This document shows, in pieces, positions 1-9,773 of a DNA stretch of 64,000 nt. The position numbers were made by a program, and so were the translations under genes. The stretch spans positions 211,154-275,153 of the forward strand of contig OY969804.1 in the NCBI GenBank assembly GCA_963703275.1, written 5' to 3'. The first letter of the stretch is position 1. Every line of letters begins with the position of its first letter. The notes beneath the pieces were generated by a model. The model did no database searches and was not told where the DNA came from. It saw nothing but the letters and a program-made list of their open reading frames with translations. Origin of the DNA: an uncultured Actinomycetes bacterium (GTDB taxonomy: Bacteria; Actinomycetota; Thermoleophilia; Gaiellales; JAICJC01).

Positions 1-494
1 TCGCCGATCAGCGCCATGTCGCCGAACACGCACGTGTCCCCGGCGAAATAGATCCGGTAGCCGTTCTCGAGCGTGATGATCAGCCCGGCCGGCTCGCCGG
101 TGTAGACGATCGACCCGTCCGGGCCCTCCACGCTGGAGGAGTGATGCGCGTCGACGAGCGTCACGGTGATCCCCTCGGCCTGGTGGGAGCCGCCCTTGTT
201 GAAGCCGACCACCTTCTCGACGCCCTGGCTGCCGAACCAGTCCGCGAGCTCGACCATCGCCAGCACGCCGGCCGGCTGCTTCTCCTTGGCCAGCCGGACG
301 ACGTCAGCGGTGTGGTCGGAGTGGCCGTGGCTCAGCAGGATCAGGTCGAGGTCGCCCGGGTCGCGCAGCGCCTCCGGACACTTCGGGTTGCCGGTGATCC
401 AGGGATCGATCAGCACGCGCTTTTTGCCAGGTGTCTCGAGCAGGAAGGTGGCGTGGCCGAGCCACGTGAGCTTGGCACCGTTTCCGAGGGACAT
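1..494 (-). CDS. Metal-dependent hydrolase, metallo-beta-lactamase fold (UPF0173-like); 3' end runs off the window
   Basis: Not in ORF track. Manual translation from ATG at 494: MSLGNGAKLTWLGHATFLLETPGKKRVLIDPWITGNPKCP...LSHGHSDH...YFAGDT; HxHxDH metal motif; GGAG SD upstream. Confidence 0.8.
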   Translation of the reverse strand, partial: MSLGNGAKLTWLGHATFLLETPGKKRVLIDPWITGNPKCPEALRDPGDLDLILLSHGHSDHTADVVRLAKEKQPAGVLAMVELADWFGSQGVEKVVGFNKGGSHQAEGITVTLVDAHHSSSVEGPDGSIVYTGEPAGLIITLENGYRIYFAGDTCVFGDMALIG

Positions 495-575
495 GGGGCA
501 CTCCTACGGGTCGCGGGACGGGATGGCAAACATAGCCGAGACACGCGCGGGGGAGTGGTCGATATTGTCCACTGA

Positions 576-1367
576 GTGAGTGGCAATGACCTCCTCGGGG
601 CACTGCTCGCCTTCGGGATCGCGACACTCACGACCCCCGCCGGTGTCTCCGGCGCCGTGCTGCTCCTGCCCGTCCAGGTGAGCATTCTCGGCACACCCAG
701 CCCGGCGATCACGCCGACGAATCTGCTCTACAACGTGATCGCCACTCCGGGTGGCCTCTACCGCTACTGGCGGACGGGCGCCTTGCGGGGCGGGCTTGCC
801 CGCACACTCGCGCTGGGGACCCTGCCCGGCGTGATCGTCGGCGCGGTGATCCGGGTCGAGTACCTCGCCGGCCCGAGGGCGTTTCTGATCGTGGTCGCGC
901 TGGTGCTGCTGCCGCTCGGGGCCTGGCTGGCGACGCGGGGGGCGCGCCGGCCGGAGCCGACCGGCGGCGAGCACGTGCGGCTCTCGCCGCCTGGGGTGTT
1001 CGTGCTGGCGCTGGCCGTGGGCGTCGTGGGCGGGATCTACGGGATCGGCGGCGGCTCGATCCTGGCGCCGATCCTGCTCGCGCTCGGCTTCACGGTCTAC
1101 GACGTCGCTGGAGCGGCCCTGGCCGCCACGTTCCTGACCTCGGTTGCGGGAGTCATCACCTACCAGCTGCTGCAGGTGCGCCACGGCGGCACCGTCGCGC
1201 CCGACTGGACGCTCGGCCTCGCGATGGGTCTCGGCGGCCTGGCCGGCGGCTACCTCGGAGCCCGGCTGCAACCGCGGCTCCCCGAGACCGTCATCCGCCG
1301 CGGGCTCGGCATCGTCGTCCTTCTGATCGCGGTTCGCTACCTCCTCGAGGGACTCGGCGTGGGCTGA
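576..1367 (+). CDS. Sulfite exporter TauE/SafE (TSUP) family membrane protein
   Basis: 263-aa hydrophobic ORF with duplicated GxxGG-type motifs (GVSGAVLLLP, GIYGIGGGSILAP); TATTGT 7 nt before GTG. Confidence 0.8.
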   Translation: MSGNDLLGALLAFGIATLTTPAGVSGAVLLLPVQVSILGTPSPAITPTNLLYNVIATPGGLYRYWRTGALRGGLARTLALGTLPGVIVGAVIRVEYLAGPRAFLIVVALVLLPLGAWLATRGARRPEPTGGEHVRLSPPGVFVLALAVGVVGGIYGIGGGSILAPILLALGFTVYDVAGAALAATFLTSVAGVITYQLLQVRHGGTVAPDWTLGLAMGLGGLAGGYLGARLQPRLPETVIRRGLGIVVLLIAVRYLLEGLGVG

Positions 1368-1410
1368 GCGCGGGAAGGAGTCGCGCCGCCGGCCGAGAAT
1401 CCCGGCTGCG

Positions 1411-1824
1411 ATGACCGTCGTACGCCATGTCACCCCCACCCGCGTCGCCGCACTCGCCGCGACCGCCGCCGTCGCCGCGGGCGCCGCGTCTGCGCTGATC
1501 GGCTTCTACATCGCCATGGTGGTCGTGGCGGTGATCCTGGGTGCGGCCTACGCCGCCTACCTGGCGGTCGTGGACGAGCCGGCCGAGTGGACGGTCTTCG
1601 AGTTCGCGACGTGCGCCGTGGCCGCGCTGCTCACGGTGGCGGGCACGAGCCTGCGCTTCCCCGCCGTGGTTGCCGGGTCGACGCCGGCGGTCGCGACCAG
1701 GCTGGCGTGGCTCGCACTCGCGGTCGCAGGCACGGCAGCGGTCGCCTCGATCGTGCGGGAGCACGGCGAGGAGCTCTGGAGCCTGCGCGGCGCCGGCATC
1801 GGCCGCGTCAGCCGCCGCACTTAG
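1411..1824 (+). CDS. Hypothetical membrane protein
   Basis: 137-aa ORF with about 4 hydrophobic segments filling the gap between genes. Confidence 0.55.
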   Translation: MTVVRHVTPTRVAALAATAAVAAGAASALIGFYIAMVVVAVILGAAYAAYLAVVDEPAEWTVFEFATCAVAALLTVAGTSLRFPAVVAGSTPAVATRLAWLALAVAGTAAVASIVREHGEELWSLRGAGIGRVSRRT

Positions 1825-1875
1825 AATCCTGCCGGATCACTGGCACCCGCCCCGCGGGGGCTCTATGCTCGAAGG

Positions 1876-2223
1876 GTGCAAGGTTGCGGTCGGTGTGGGA
1901 ATCGCATTGACGGGCGCTACCGGTTCTGTCCCTGGTGCGCGGCGCCGCTGCGCTCAAAGCTGGTGGAGTTCTTCCGTCCGCACGCCGACATCGAGGCCGA
2001 CCAGGGGCGGGCGCTGCGCGTCTCGCGCTACCTGGGCGCCCGGCCGGTCGAGCGGCACGTGCGCTTCAGCGTGTGGGACGAGGACGGCGTGGCCGAGTCG
2101 GCGATCTCGCTGGACGAGATCGAGGCCGACCGGCTGGCGCGGTTCCTGCTCGAGCCCGCCGGCCGCCGCCACCGCCCGCGGACGGTCTGGGATCGCCTCG
2201 GCACGCTGCGCCGCCACGCCTGA
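1876..2223 (+). CDS. Zinc-ribbon domain hypothetical protein
   Basis: 115 aa starting CGRCG-x8-FCPWCAA (two CxxC); TATGCT 6 nt before GTG. Confidence 0.65.
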   Translation: MQGCGRCGNRIDGRYRFCPWCAAPLRSKLVEFFRPHADIEADQGRALRVSRYLGARPVERHVRFSVWDEDGVAESAISLDEIEADRLARFLLEPAGRRHRPRTVWDRLGTLRRHA

Positions 2224-2251
2224 ATATTTGGTGCCTGGCACCGGGTATTCA
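2221..2251. repeat. 31-bp palindromic intergenic element, copy A
   Basis: TGAATA-TTT-GGTGCC-T-GGCACC-GGG-TATTCA; near-identical inverted copy at 54119-54149. Confidence 0.85.
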
Positions 2252-3187
2252 CGCGGCGTTGCGGCTGCGCGTGGCGGGGACGGCCGTGCCGCCCAGGCGG
2301 TCGACGATGTCGTCGACTCGCTGCGTCAGCCGCGCGCGGGCGCCCGGTGTGGCGTATGACGCGGCGTACAGCGTGCGGTAGCGCTCGACCAGATCGGGCC
2401 GGTAGCCCTCGAGCCAGGGCATGAAGAGCTCGCGCACGCCCGGGCGCAGGTGCAGCAGGATCGGGCTGATCGAGACGGCGCCGGCCTCGAGGCACGCCTC
2501 GACCACCTCGGCCAGTTGCTCGGGGGCGTCGGACATGCCCGGCAGGACGGGCGCGATCAGGACGCCACAGGGGACGCCGGCGGCGTTCAGGCGCGCGACC
2601 GCCTCGACCCGCCGGCGCGGAGGCGGCGTGCCCGGCTCGCTGGCGTGCCACACGTCGTCGTCGAGGGTGCCGATCGAGAGGTTACAGCGCACAAGCCCAG
2701 CCTGGGCGGCGGCGGCCAGCAGGTCGAGGTCGCGCAGGATCATGGGCGACTTGGTCAGGATCGAGAACGGGTTCCTGGCCGTTGTCAGCTCGGTGATCAG
2801 CCCGCGTGTGAGCCGGTAGCGCCCCTCGGCGGGCTGGTAGGGGTCGGTGTTCGTGCCCATCGCGATGTGCTCGCCGCGCCAGCGCGGGTCGCGCAGCTCG
2901 GCCCGCAGCCGCTCGACGGCGTTCACCTTGACGACGATGCGGCGCTCGAAGTCGGCGCCGGCGTCCATGCCCAGGTACACGTGGGTGGGCCGGGCGAAGC
3001 AGTAGGTGCAGGCGTGCGCGCAGCCGCGGTAGGCGTTGATCGTGTACCGGAAGGGCATGCGCGAGGCCTCGGGGACGCGGTTGACGATCCGCTTGGCCCG
3101 CATGTGCAGGTACTCCACCTCGCGCAGCTCGCGACCGTCGCCCATGCCGTCGAGCTCGGGGAACAATGGCAGCTGGCCCGTGTCCAC
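2249..3187 (-). CDS. Radical SAM protein, Rv2578c / spore-photoproduct-lyase-like family
   Basis: INAYRGCAHACTYCFARP (CxxxCxxC) and TNTDPYQPAE. Start placed at GTG 3187, not ORF-track 3340, because a -10 box and LexA box lie just upstream. Confidence 0.9.
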   Translation of the reverse strand: MDTGQLPLFPELDGMGDGRELREVEYLHMRAKRIVNRVPEASRMPFRYTINAYRGCAHACTYCFARPTHVYLGMDAGADFERRIVVKVNAVERLRAELRDPRWRGEHIAMGTNTDPYQPAEGRYRLTRGLITELTTARNPFSILTKSPMILRDLDLLAAAAQAGLVRCNLSIGTLDDDVWHASEPGTPPPRRRVEAVARLNAAGVPCGVLIAPVLPGMSDAPEQLAEVVEACLEAGAVSISPILLHLRPGVRELFMPWLEGYRPDLVERYRTLYAASYATPGARARLTQRVDDIVDRLGGTAVPATRSRNAA

Positions 3188-3193
3188 CCTAGG

Positions 3194-3214
3194 AGTATAG
3201 CGAACATATGTTCG
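3194..3214 (-). promoter_or_regulatory. -10 box (TATACT) plus LexA/SOS box CGAACATATGTTCG
   Basis: Perfect GAAC-N4-GTTC palindrome at 3201-3214, next to minus-strand TATACT (3194-3199), which lies 6 nt before the GTG start. Confidence 0.85.
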
Positions 3215-3282
3215 TGAGATGATTGATCGGTAACTCCGCGCGCGCCTGGACGCCCGCAGGTCGTCTGTGGGTGGTTTCTGGT

Positions 3283-3459
3283 GGCGCTGCGGCTGCGAAC
3301 CGTCGCATCGCGCGTGAGGTGTCTGCGTGATCGCAGACACCTCACGACCGCCTCAAGGCTCCGCCTTGAGGCTTCTCGGTCGCGCCCATACGCTTAACCG
3401 GTATGAACGCTCCCTGCGTCCTTGCGCTGCTCGGTTCTCGCCGCCCAGGACATCACGGG
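3283..3459. repeat. About 177-bp structured dispersed repeat, copy 1
   Basis: About 90% identical by manual alignment to 43071-43246; three internal hairpins plus pairing ends. Confidence 0.9.
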
Positions 3460-3481
3460 AGCTACCGATCAGTCATCTGGG

Positions 3482-4936
3482 CTAGCGGAACAGCGAACTG
3501 CTGGCCGTGCGGGCGAGGTCGATCAGGGGCGCCGGGACGATGCCGAGGACGAGCGCCGCGAGCGCAGCCGCCGTCGCGGCGCCGGCCGCGAGGCCGTGGC
3601 CGGGCATGGCCTTTGCCTTCGGCACGGCCACCTCGCGGTCATACAGCGCGAAGGGCACGCGCAGGTAGTAGACCAGGCCGACCATGGTTGCGATCACGCC
3701 CGCGACGGCGAGGTACGTCTGCCCGTTCTGGACAGCGGCGGAGAAGACGTAGAGCTTGCCCAGGAAGCCGCCGGTGGGCGGGAACCCTGCGAGCGAGAGC
3801 ATGCACACGAGCATCGCGCCCCCGAGCAGCGGGCGCGTGTAGCCCCACCCGCCGAAGTCGGATACCAGCACCGGCCGGCCGATCTCACGCTCGCGCACGG
3901 CGACGATGCCGAAGGCGCCCAGGTTCATGGCGCCGTACACCGTCAGGTAGTACAGGAGCGCCTGCGTGCCGAGGGCGCTGTGTGCCGCGACCGCGGTCAG
4001 AAGGAAGCCGGAGTGGCCGACGGTGGAGTACGCCAGCATGCGCTTCACGTTCGACTGGCGCAGCGCGCCCAGGTTCCCGATCACGAACGAGGCGATGATG
4101 ATCGCGGCCAGGCCGATCTGCCAGACGTCGGACTGGCGCGGGAACGCGGTCACCAGCACCCGCAGGGCGAAGACGAGCGCAACCACCTTGGTGGCCGCCG
4201 ACATGAAGGCGGTCACCGGAGTCGGCGCGCCCTGGTACGCGTCCGGCGTCCACATGTGGAAGGGCGCGGCGTTGGCCTTGAACCCGAGCCCGACGATCAC
4301 CATCGCGAGTCCCATCAGCACCAGCACGTCGTGCGAATCGCCCTGAGCGAGGCCCGCCCGGATGCGGTCGAACTCGAGCTGGCCGCTCGCGCCGTAGGTG
4401 AGCGCCGCGCCGTAGAGCAGGAACGCCGCGCCCACCGATCCGATGATGAGGTACTTGAGCCCGCCCTCGAGCGACAGCACGTCGTCGGTATCGATTGCGA
4501 CCAGCACGTACAGCGCCAGCGAGAACAGCTCCAGGGCGACGAACGCGGTCACGAAGCTGTTCGACACCGCGAGCAGCGACATCCCGGCGGTCGCCGTCAG
4601 AAGCAGGACGTGATACTCGACGCTGCGCTCGCGCAGGTCGCCCATCCCCCACGAGTACGCCACCGCCACGAGCGCCGACACGTAGATGAGCATGCGGGCG
4701 CCCTCGCCGAACGCGTCGATCCGCAGGGTGTGGTCAAACGGCGCCCGCGCGGCGTCGTGGAAGGCGGCCCCCGCATAGACGGTGGCGGCGGCGAGGGCGA
4801 TCGCCGTGGCCGCCGCCGCAAGCCACCGGGCCTGCTTGTCGGGCAGGAAGACCCCCACCACGAGCAGCACCGCCGCGGTGCCGAGCAGGATGATCTCGGG
4901 GCCGATCGCCGTGAACGAGATGGGGATCGTGTGCAT
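3482..4936 (-). CDS. nuoN: NADH-quinone oxidoreductase subunit N
   Basis: Intact 484 aa; ALELFSL, LKYLIIGS, FKANAAPFHMWTPDAYQGAP, KRMLAYS. Confidence 0.95.
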   Translation of the reverse strand: MHTIPISFTAIGPEIILLGTAAVLLVVGVFLPDKQARWLAAAATAIALAAATVYAGAAFHDAARAPFDHTLRIDAFGEGARMLIYVSALVAVAYSWGMGDLRERSVEYHVLLLTATAGMSLLAVSNSFVTAFVALELFSLALYVLVAIDTDDVLSLEGGLKYLIIGSVGAAFLLYGAALTYGASGQLEFDRIRAGLAQGDSHDVLVLMGLAMVIVGLGFKANAAPFHMWTPDAYQGAPTPVTAFMSAATKVVALVFALRVLVTAFPRQSDVWQIGLAAIIIASFVIGNLGALRQSNVKRMLAYSTVGHSGFLLTAVAAHSALGTQALLYYLTVYGAMNLGAFGIVAVREREIGRPVLVSDFGGWGYTRPLLGGAMLVCMLSLAGFPPTGGFLGKLYVFSAAVQNGQTYLAVAGVIATMVGLVYYLRVPFALYDREVAVPKAKAMPGHGLAAGAATAAALAALVLGIVPAPLIDLARTASSSLFR

Positions 4937-6393
4937 CAGATCTGCCGCACCTTGGCCGGAGGATGGTACGCCGCCTCGGAGTATCCGATCCGGTGCATCA
5001 CGCCGTACGGGTAGGCGGTCATCGCCAGCAGGATCAGGATCAGCGGCACCGCGATCGCAAGCTCGCCGCGGCGCAGGTCGGGCGTGTCATCCGAGACGCG
5101 CTCGCCGTTCGGGCCGTGCGCGATCGCCGAGTACCAGCGCAGGGCGTACATGGCCGCGAGCACGATCCCGCACGCGGCGGCGGCGCCGAGCACGGCCTGC
5201 TGCTCGAATGCGCCCAGAAGGATGTAGAGCTCGGACACGAAGATGCTCGACCCGGGCACCGCCAGCACCCACAGGGTCGCGATCAGCAGGATGGTTGACA
5301 TCAGCGGCCGCCTATTGGAGAGGCCGCCGAGGAACCGGAACCCGTCGGTGCCCGTGCGCAGCTCGACGAGGCCGATCAGCAGGAACGCCGCGAGCGAGAC
5401 GATGCCGTGGTTGACCATCTGCAGGATCGCGCCGGTCACCCCGTTCTCGTTGAAGACGAAGATCCCGATGATGATCAGGTTCATCTGGCTGAGGCTCGAA
5501 TAGGCCACCACCCCGCGGGCGTCGGGCTGGCGGAAGGCGACGATCGCCCCGTACAGGAGACCGGTCAGGCCGAGGCCGAGGAAGAGCCAGCGCCAGTCGT
5601 GGGCGACGGTCGGGAAGAGCGGTATCGCGAAGCGCAGGAGGCCGTATGCCCCGGCCTTCGAGATCACGCCGGAGAGGAGCGCGGTCACCTCGGGCGTCGA
5701 CTGGCGGTAGGCGCTGGGCAGCCAGCCGTGCAGCGGGAACAGCGGCGCCTTGATGCAGAACGCGACCGCGAATGCGAGGAACAGCCAGGTCGACTCGTGC
5801 GGCCGGGCGATCAGCGCCTCCAGGTTGAACGTGTGGGCGGAGATGCCGAGCACGGCGATCGCCACCAGCATCAGGAGCGACCCGACCAGGGTGTAGACGA
5901 CGAACTGGATGGTCGCCGCCCGCCGGCCCTCGCCGCCCCACACGCCCATCAGCAGGTAGAGCGGAACCATCATCAGCTCCCAGCCCACGTAGAAGAGCAC
6001 GAGATCCTGCGCGGTGAAGAGCAGCGCCAGCGCCGCCTCGAGCAGGAGCAGGAGCCCGAAGTACATCTGCGGCCGCTGCCGCTCCGTCCGCATGGCCGCG
6101 CCGATCGCGGCCGCGATGCCGACGGCGGTCAGGAGCACCATGAAGAGCGAGAGGCCGTCCATGCCGACCTGGTAGCGAACCGGTGGGACGGTCCCGAAGC
6201 TCGGGATCCAGCTCGTGTTCTGGATGTACTGCAGGCCGCCGGAAGCGTGGAAGCCGACCAGGGCCACCGCGCCCAGCACGGCCTCGGCCAGGGCCACGAC
6301 CAGCGCCAGCCCCTCGGTCGCACGCCGGCCGATCGGCAGGAGCCCCACGAGGACGGCACCGGCGAGGGGCAGGAAGATGAGCGCGGTCGTCAC
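4936..6393 (-). CDS. nuoM: NADH-quinone oxidoreductase subunit M
   Basis: Intact 485 aa; FYVGWELMMVP, IKAPLFPLHGWLP, MVNHG; TGATG coupling to nuoN. Confidence 0.95.
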   Translation of the reverse strand: MTTALIFLPLAGAVLVGLLPIGRRATEGLALVVALAEAVLGAVALVGFHASGGLQYIQNTSWIPSFGTVPPVRYQVGMDGLSLFMVLLTAVGIAAAIGAAMRTERQRPQMYFGLLLLLEAALALLFTAQDLVLFYVGWELMMVPLYLLMGVWGGEGRRAATIQFVVYTLVGSLLMLVAIAVLGISAHTFNLEALIARPHESTWLFLAFAVAFCIKAPLFPLHGWLPSAYRQSTPEVTALLSGVISKAGAYGLLRFAIPLFPTVAHDWRWLFLGLGLTGLLYGAIVAFRQPDARGVVAYSSLSQMNLIIIGIFVFNENGVTGAILQMVNHGIVSLAAFLLIGLVELRTGTDGFRFLGGLSNRRPLMSTILLIATLWVLAVPGSSIFVSELYILLGAFEQQAVLGAAAACGIVLAAMYALRWYSAIAHGPNGERVSDDTPDLRRGELAIAVPLILILLAMTAYPYGVMHRIGYSEAAYHPPAKVRQI

Positions 6394-8289
6394 AGCGTCG
6401 CCCTCGACAGGAAGTAGGCGCCCAGCACCACCGCGCCGGCCACGAGCGCCGTTGCGTACAGCCGCACGACGCCGGTCTGGGCGGCGACGGTGGCGCGGGC
6501 GAGCATCCGCACCAGATACGCGACCAGGCCGACCGTCCCCCAGATCACCCAGCGCTCGAAGAACCGGTACAGCGACGAGGCGACCACCGCGGCGGGCAGG
6601 TACGCGATCTTGTCGTACAGCTCATCCCAGTAGAACTTGTGCGCCGCCACCACGGCCAGCCCGGTGAAGGGGCGCTTGAGCCGCTCGAGCAGCTCCGGGT
6701 GCGTGTAGGCACGCCATGTCAGGAGCGCGCCGCCGCCGCCGAGCGTCCACGCGATCGCCGTCGTGACGAGGTCGCGGTCGGTGGACGCCACGATCGTCGG
6801 CGCCGTGTGGCCGAGCCACCTCGAGAAGATGTCGCTGATCCCGAAGCCGATGTCGAGCAGACCGGCGACGAGCGTCCCGGCCGCCAGGATCGCCACCGGC
6901 CAGAACATCTCCCACGGGGCCTCGCCGTGCTCGGTGTGCAGGTGCTCGGACGCATACTGGGAGCGCTCGCCGTAGAAGGTGAGCCGCATCAGCCGGGTGG
7001 CGTAGATGCCGGTGAAGAAGGTGCCCACCAGGCCTCCGACCCACACGATGATGGCGGTGGTGCTGTCCTTCTGCAGCGCCGCCGACAGCACCTCGTCCTT
7101 GCTGAGCGGCCAGAAGCCGACGAGCGCCACGGTGCCGATCCACATGAGCCACTTCGTCCGCGGCAGCGCCGAGCCGAGGCCGCCCATCCGGCGCACGTCC
7201 TGCTCGCCGCCGAGGGCATGGATGACGATGCCGGCGCCGAGGAAGAGCAGCGCCTTGAAGAAGGCGTGGGCGAGCAGGTGGAACATGCCGGCGCCCCACG
7301 CGCCCAGCCCAACGGCTGTGAACATGTAGCCGATCTGGGACATCGTCGAGTAGGCGATGACGCGCTTGATGTCGGTCTGCACAATGGCGATCACGCCCGC
7401 CATCAGCAGCGTGGCGGCGCCGATCAGCGCGATCAGAACCTCGATGTCGGGCGCGAGGATGAACAGCGCGTGGGCGCGGGCGATCAGGTAGACGCCGGCG
7501 GTCACCATCGTGGCGGCGTGGATCAGCGCGGAGACCGGGGTCGGGCCCTCCATGGCGTCGGGAAGCCAGGTGTGGAGCGGGATCTGCGCCGACTTCGCCA
7601 GCGCGCCCAGCAGCAGGAGCCCGGCCACCAGTTGGCATCGGCCGAGCCCTTCGGCCAGTGGGCGGACGCCGTGTGGAACACGGTGGCGTAGTTCGTCGTG
7701 CCCAGATCGCGGGCCATGAAGAAGACGGCCAGGATGATGCCGACGTCGCCGATCGCGTTCATCACGAACGCCTTCTTGGCGGCGGCGACCGGCTCGGGGC
7801 GCTCGTGGTAGAACCCGATCAGGAGGTAGCGACGAGAGCCCGACCATGCCCCAGCCGGCCAGCAGCAGCACGAAGTTCGCGGCCATGACGAGGAGCAGCA
7901 TCGAGAAGAGGAACAGCGACATGTAGGCGAAGTAGCGGCGCTCCTCGTCCTCGCCGTCCATGTAGCCGACCGAGTAGGCGACGATCAGCGAGCCGACCCC
8001 GGCGACGATCAGCATCATCGGTCACCGCTGAGCGGGTCGATCAGCACCGAATCGGCACCTTGAACGTCAGCGACGCCGCCCACGTGTAGGCGGTGTACGT
8101 GTGCGACCGGTGGCTCGCCCCCTCGCCGAGGACCGCGATGAACGCGCCGACCGCGGCGGCGAACGCGACAAATGCGAACGCCGTGCCCGCCCATGCCGCC
8201 GCCTGGCGCGAGATCCGCGACCCGGCCAGGGTCAGGACGACGACGCCGACGAGCGGCGCGAGCAGGCAGATCCAGGCCAGTGCTTCCAT
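6390..8289 (-). CDS. nuoL: NADH-quinone oxidoreductase subunit L (apparent frameshifts in 5' half)
   Basis: KSAQIPLHTWLPDAMEGPTPVSALIHAATMVTAGVYL, HAFFKALLFL; N-terminus MEALAWICLL at ATG 8289 is in a different frame. Confidence 0.9.
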
Positions 8290-8594
8290 CAGTGGCGAAG
8301 ACCCGTCATCTGGTCGACGTCGAGCTCGACCTTGCGCCGCCCCACCGCCACGACCAGACCGAGCCCGACGACGACCTCGGAGGCGGCGACCGCCATCACC
8401 GCGATCGCGAACACCTGGCCGGTCTGCTGTCCCAGATGGCGCGAGAACGCGATCAGCGCCAGGTTGCACGCGTTCAGCATGATCTCGACCGAGAGCAGGA
8501 TGATCAGCGGGCTGCGGCGGGCGAGGACGCCGAGAGCGCCGATCACGAACAGGATCGCCGACACCGAGATGAACCAGGCGACGCCGACGTGCAT
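8289..8594 (-). CDS. nuoK: NADH-quinone oxidoreductase subunit K
   Basis: MHVGVAWFISVSAILFVIGALGVLARR...EIMLNACNL...AASEVVVGL; 101 aa, coupled at both ends. Confidence 0.95.
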   Translation of the reverse strand: MHVGVAWFISVSAILFVIGALGVLARRSPLIILLSVEIMLNACNLALIAFSRHLGQQTGQVFAIAVMAVAASEVVVGLGLVVAVGRRKVELDVDQMTGLRH

Positions 8595-9256
8595 CAGTCC
8601 TCCGCCTCCCCGGCGGAGTCCTCGCCGTCGCGGCGGGCGGCCGCGGTGACGACGTCGAAGTGCGTTTCGGCCTCCATCACCGACGACTGCAGGCTCGGCA
8701 CCCGCTCGGGCCGGTCGACCTCGAACACGCCCGGCTCGCCGACCTCGCGCATCGCCGGTCGCTGGGTGGCCAGCACGACGCCGCCGATCGCCGCGACCAG
8801 GAGCAGGATGGACGTCACCTCGAAGGCCAGCAGGTAGCGGCCGAGGAACGTGGCGGCGATCGCCTCGGGCGCGCCGAACGCGTCGCTCACCGTCGCGCCG
8901 TGCAGGAAGTCCTGGCGGCCGACGCCGAAGACGATCTCGGCCAGGATCGCGGCCGCGGCGAGCACGGCCGCAAACGTCTGCCACGACCGGCCGGTCGCCG
9001 GTGGGCTCGTCGGTCTGGTCGCCGAGGTAGGCGGTCACGAACAGGAACATGACCATCACCGCCCCGCCGTAGACGAGCACCTGCGCGGCGGCGACGAACT
9101 CGGACTGCCGAGCAGCAGGTAGAGGGCCGCGAGCGCGGTCAGGTTGCCGATCAGCGACAGCGCCGAGAAGAACGGGTTCGGCGAGAGCGACGACCGTGAG
9201 CGCGCGGCGGCGATCGCAACCACCGACGCCACCACGAACACGATGACGTAGGTCAC
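8594..9256 (-). CDS. nuoJ: NADH-quinone oxidoreductase subunit J (apparent frameshifts)
   Basis: NPFFSALSL, QVLVYGGAVMVMFLFV, YLLAFEVTSILLLVAAIGGVVL spread over three frames. Confidence 0.85.
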
Positions 9257-9773
9257 GCGCCGGCTCCGTCGCCGCCGGCGAGTCGGCGTGTCGTAGGGGT
9301 CGCCGGTCGGCGACCGGCGTCGTGCGGCTCGGGTGCATCGGCTCGAGCAGCATGTCCTTCGTGTAGATGAGGTCGCTCGCGGTTGTACTCGGCGAGATCT
9401 CGTAGTCGTTGCCGAGCGTGATCGCGTCGAACGGGCAGGCGAGCTCGCAGTAGCCGCAGAAGATGCAGCGGCTCATGTTGATCTCGTAGATGCGGGCGTA
9501 GCGCTCGCCCGCCGAATAGCGCCGGTTCTCGGCGTGTTCTCGGCCGCGACGACGCGGATGCAGTCCGCCGGGCAGGCGGCGGCGCACAGCGAGCAGCCGA
9601 CGCACTTCTCGAGGCCGTTCTCGTGCCGGTGCAGGCGGTGGCGGCCGCGGAAGCGCGGGTAGACCGGCCGCTTGTACTCGGGGTACTGCTGCGTGATCGG
9701 CTTGCGGAAGACCTGGCGCAGCGTGACCCCGAAGCCCTTGAACGAATGTTCGGCAGCGAGCGATCGCTTCCAT
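9253..9773 (-). CDS. nuoI: NADH-quinone oxidoreductase subunit I (apparent frameshifts)
   Basis: [22 protein letters not shown] and [21 protein letters not shown] ferredoxin motifs in different frames. Confidence 0.9.

Noticed and set aside
3188-3340. N-terminal extension of the radical SAM ORF given in the ORF track
   Set aside because: Runs through the LexA box and into the dispersed repeat; the -10 position supports GTG at 3187.
9740-9751. GAAC-GAAT-GTTC LexA-like site
   Set aside because: Inside nuoI coding sequence in an error-rich stretch with no promoter context; likely chance.
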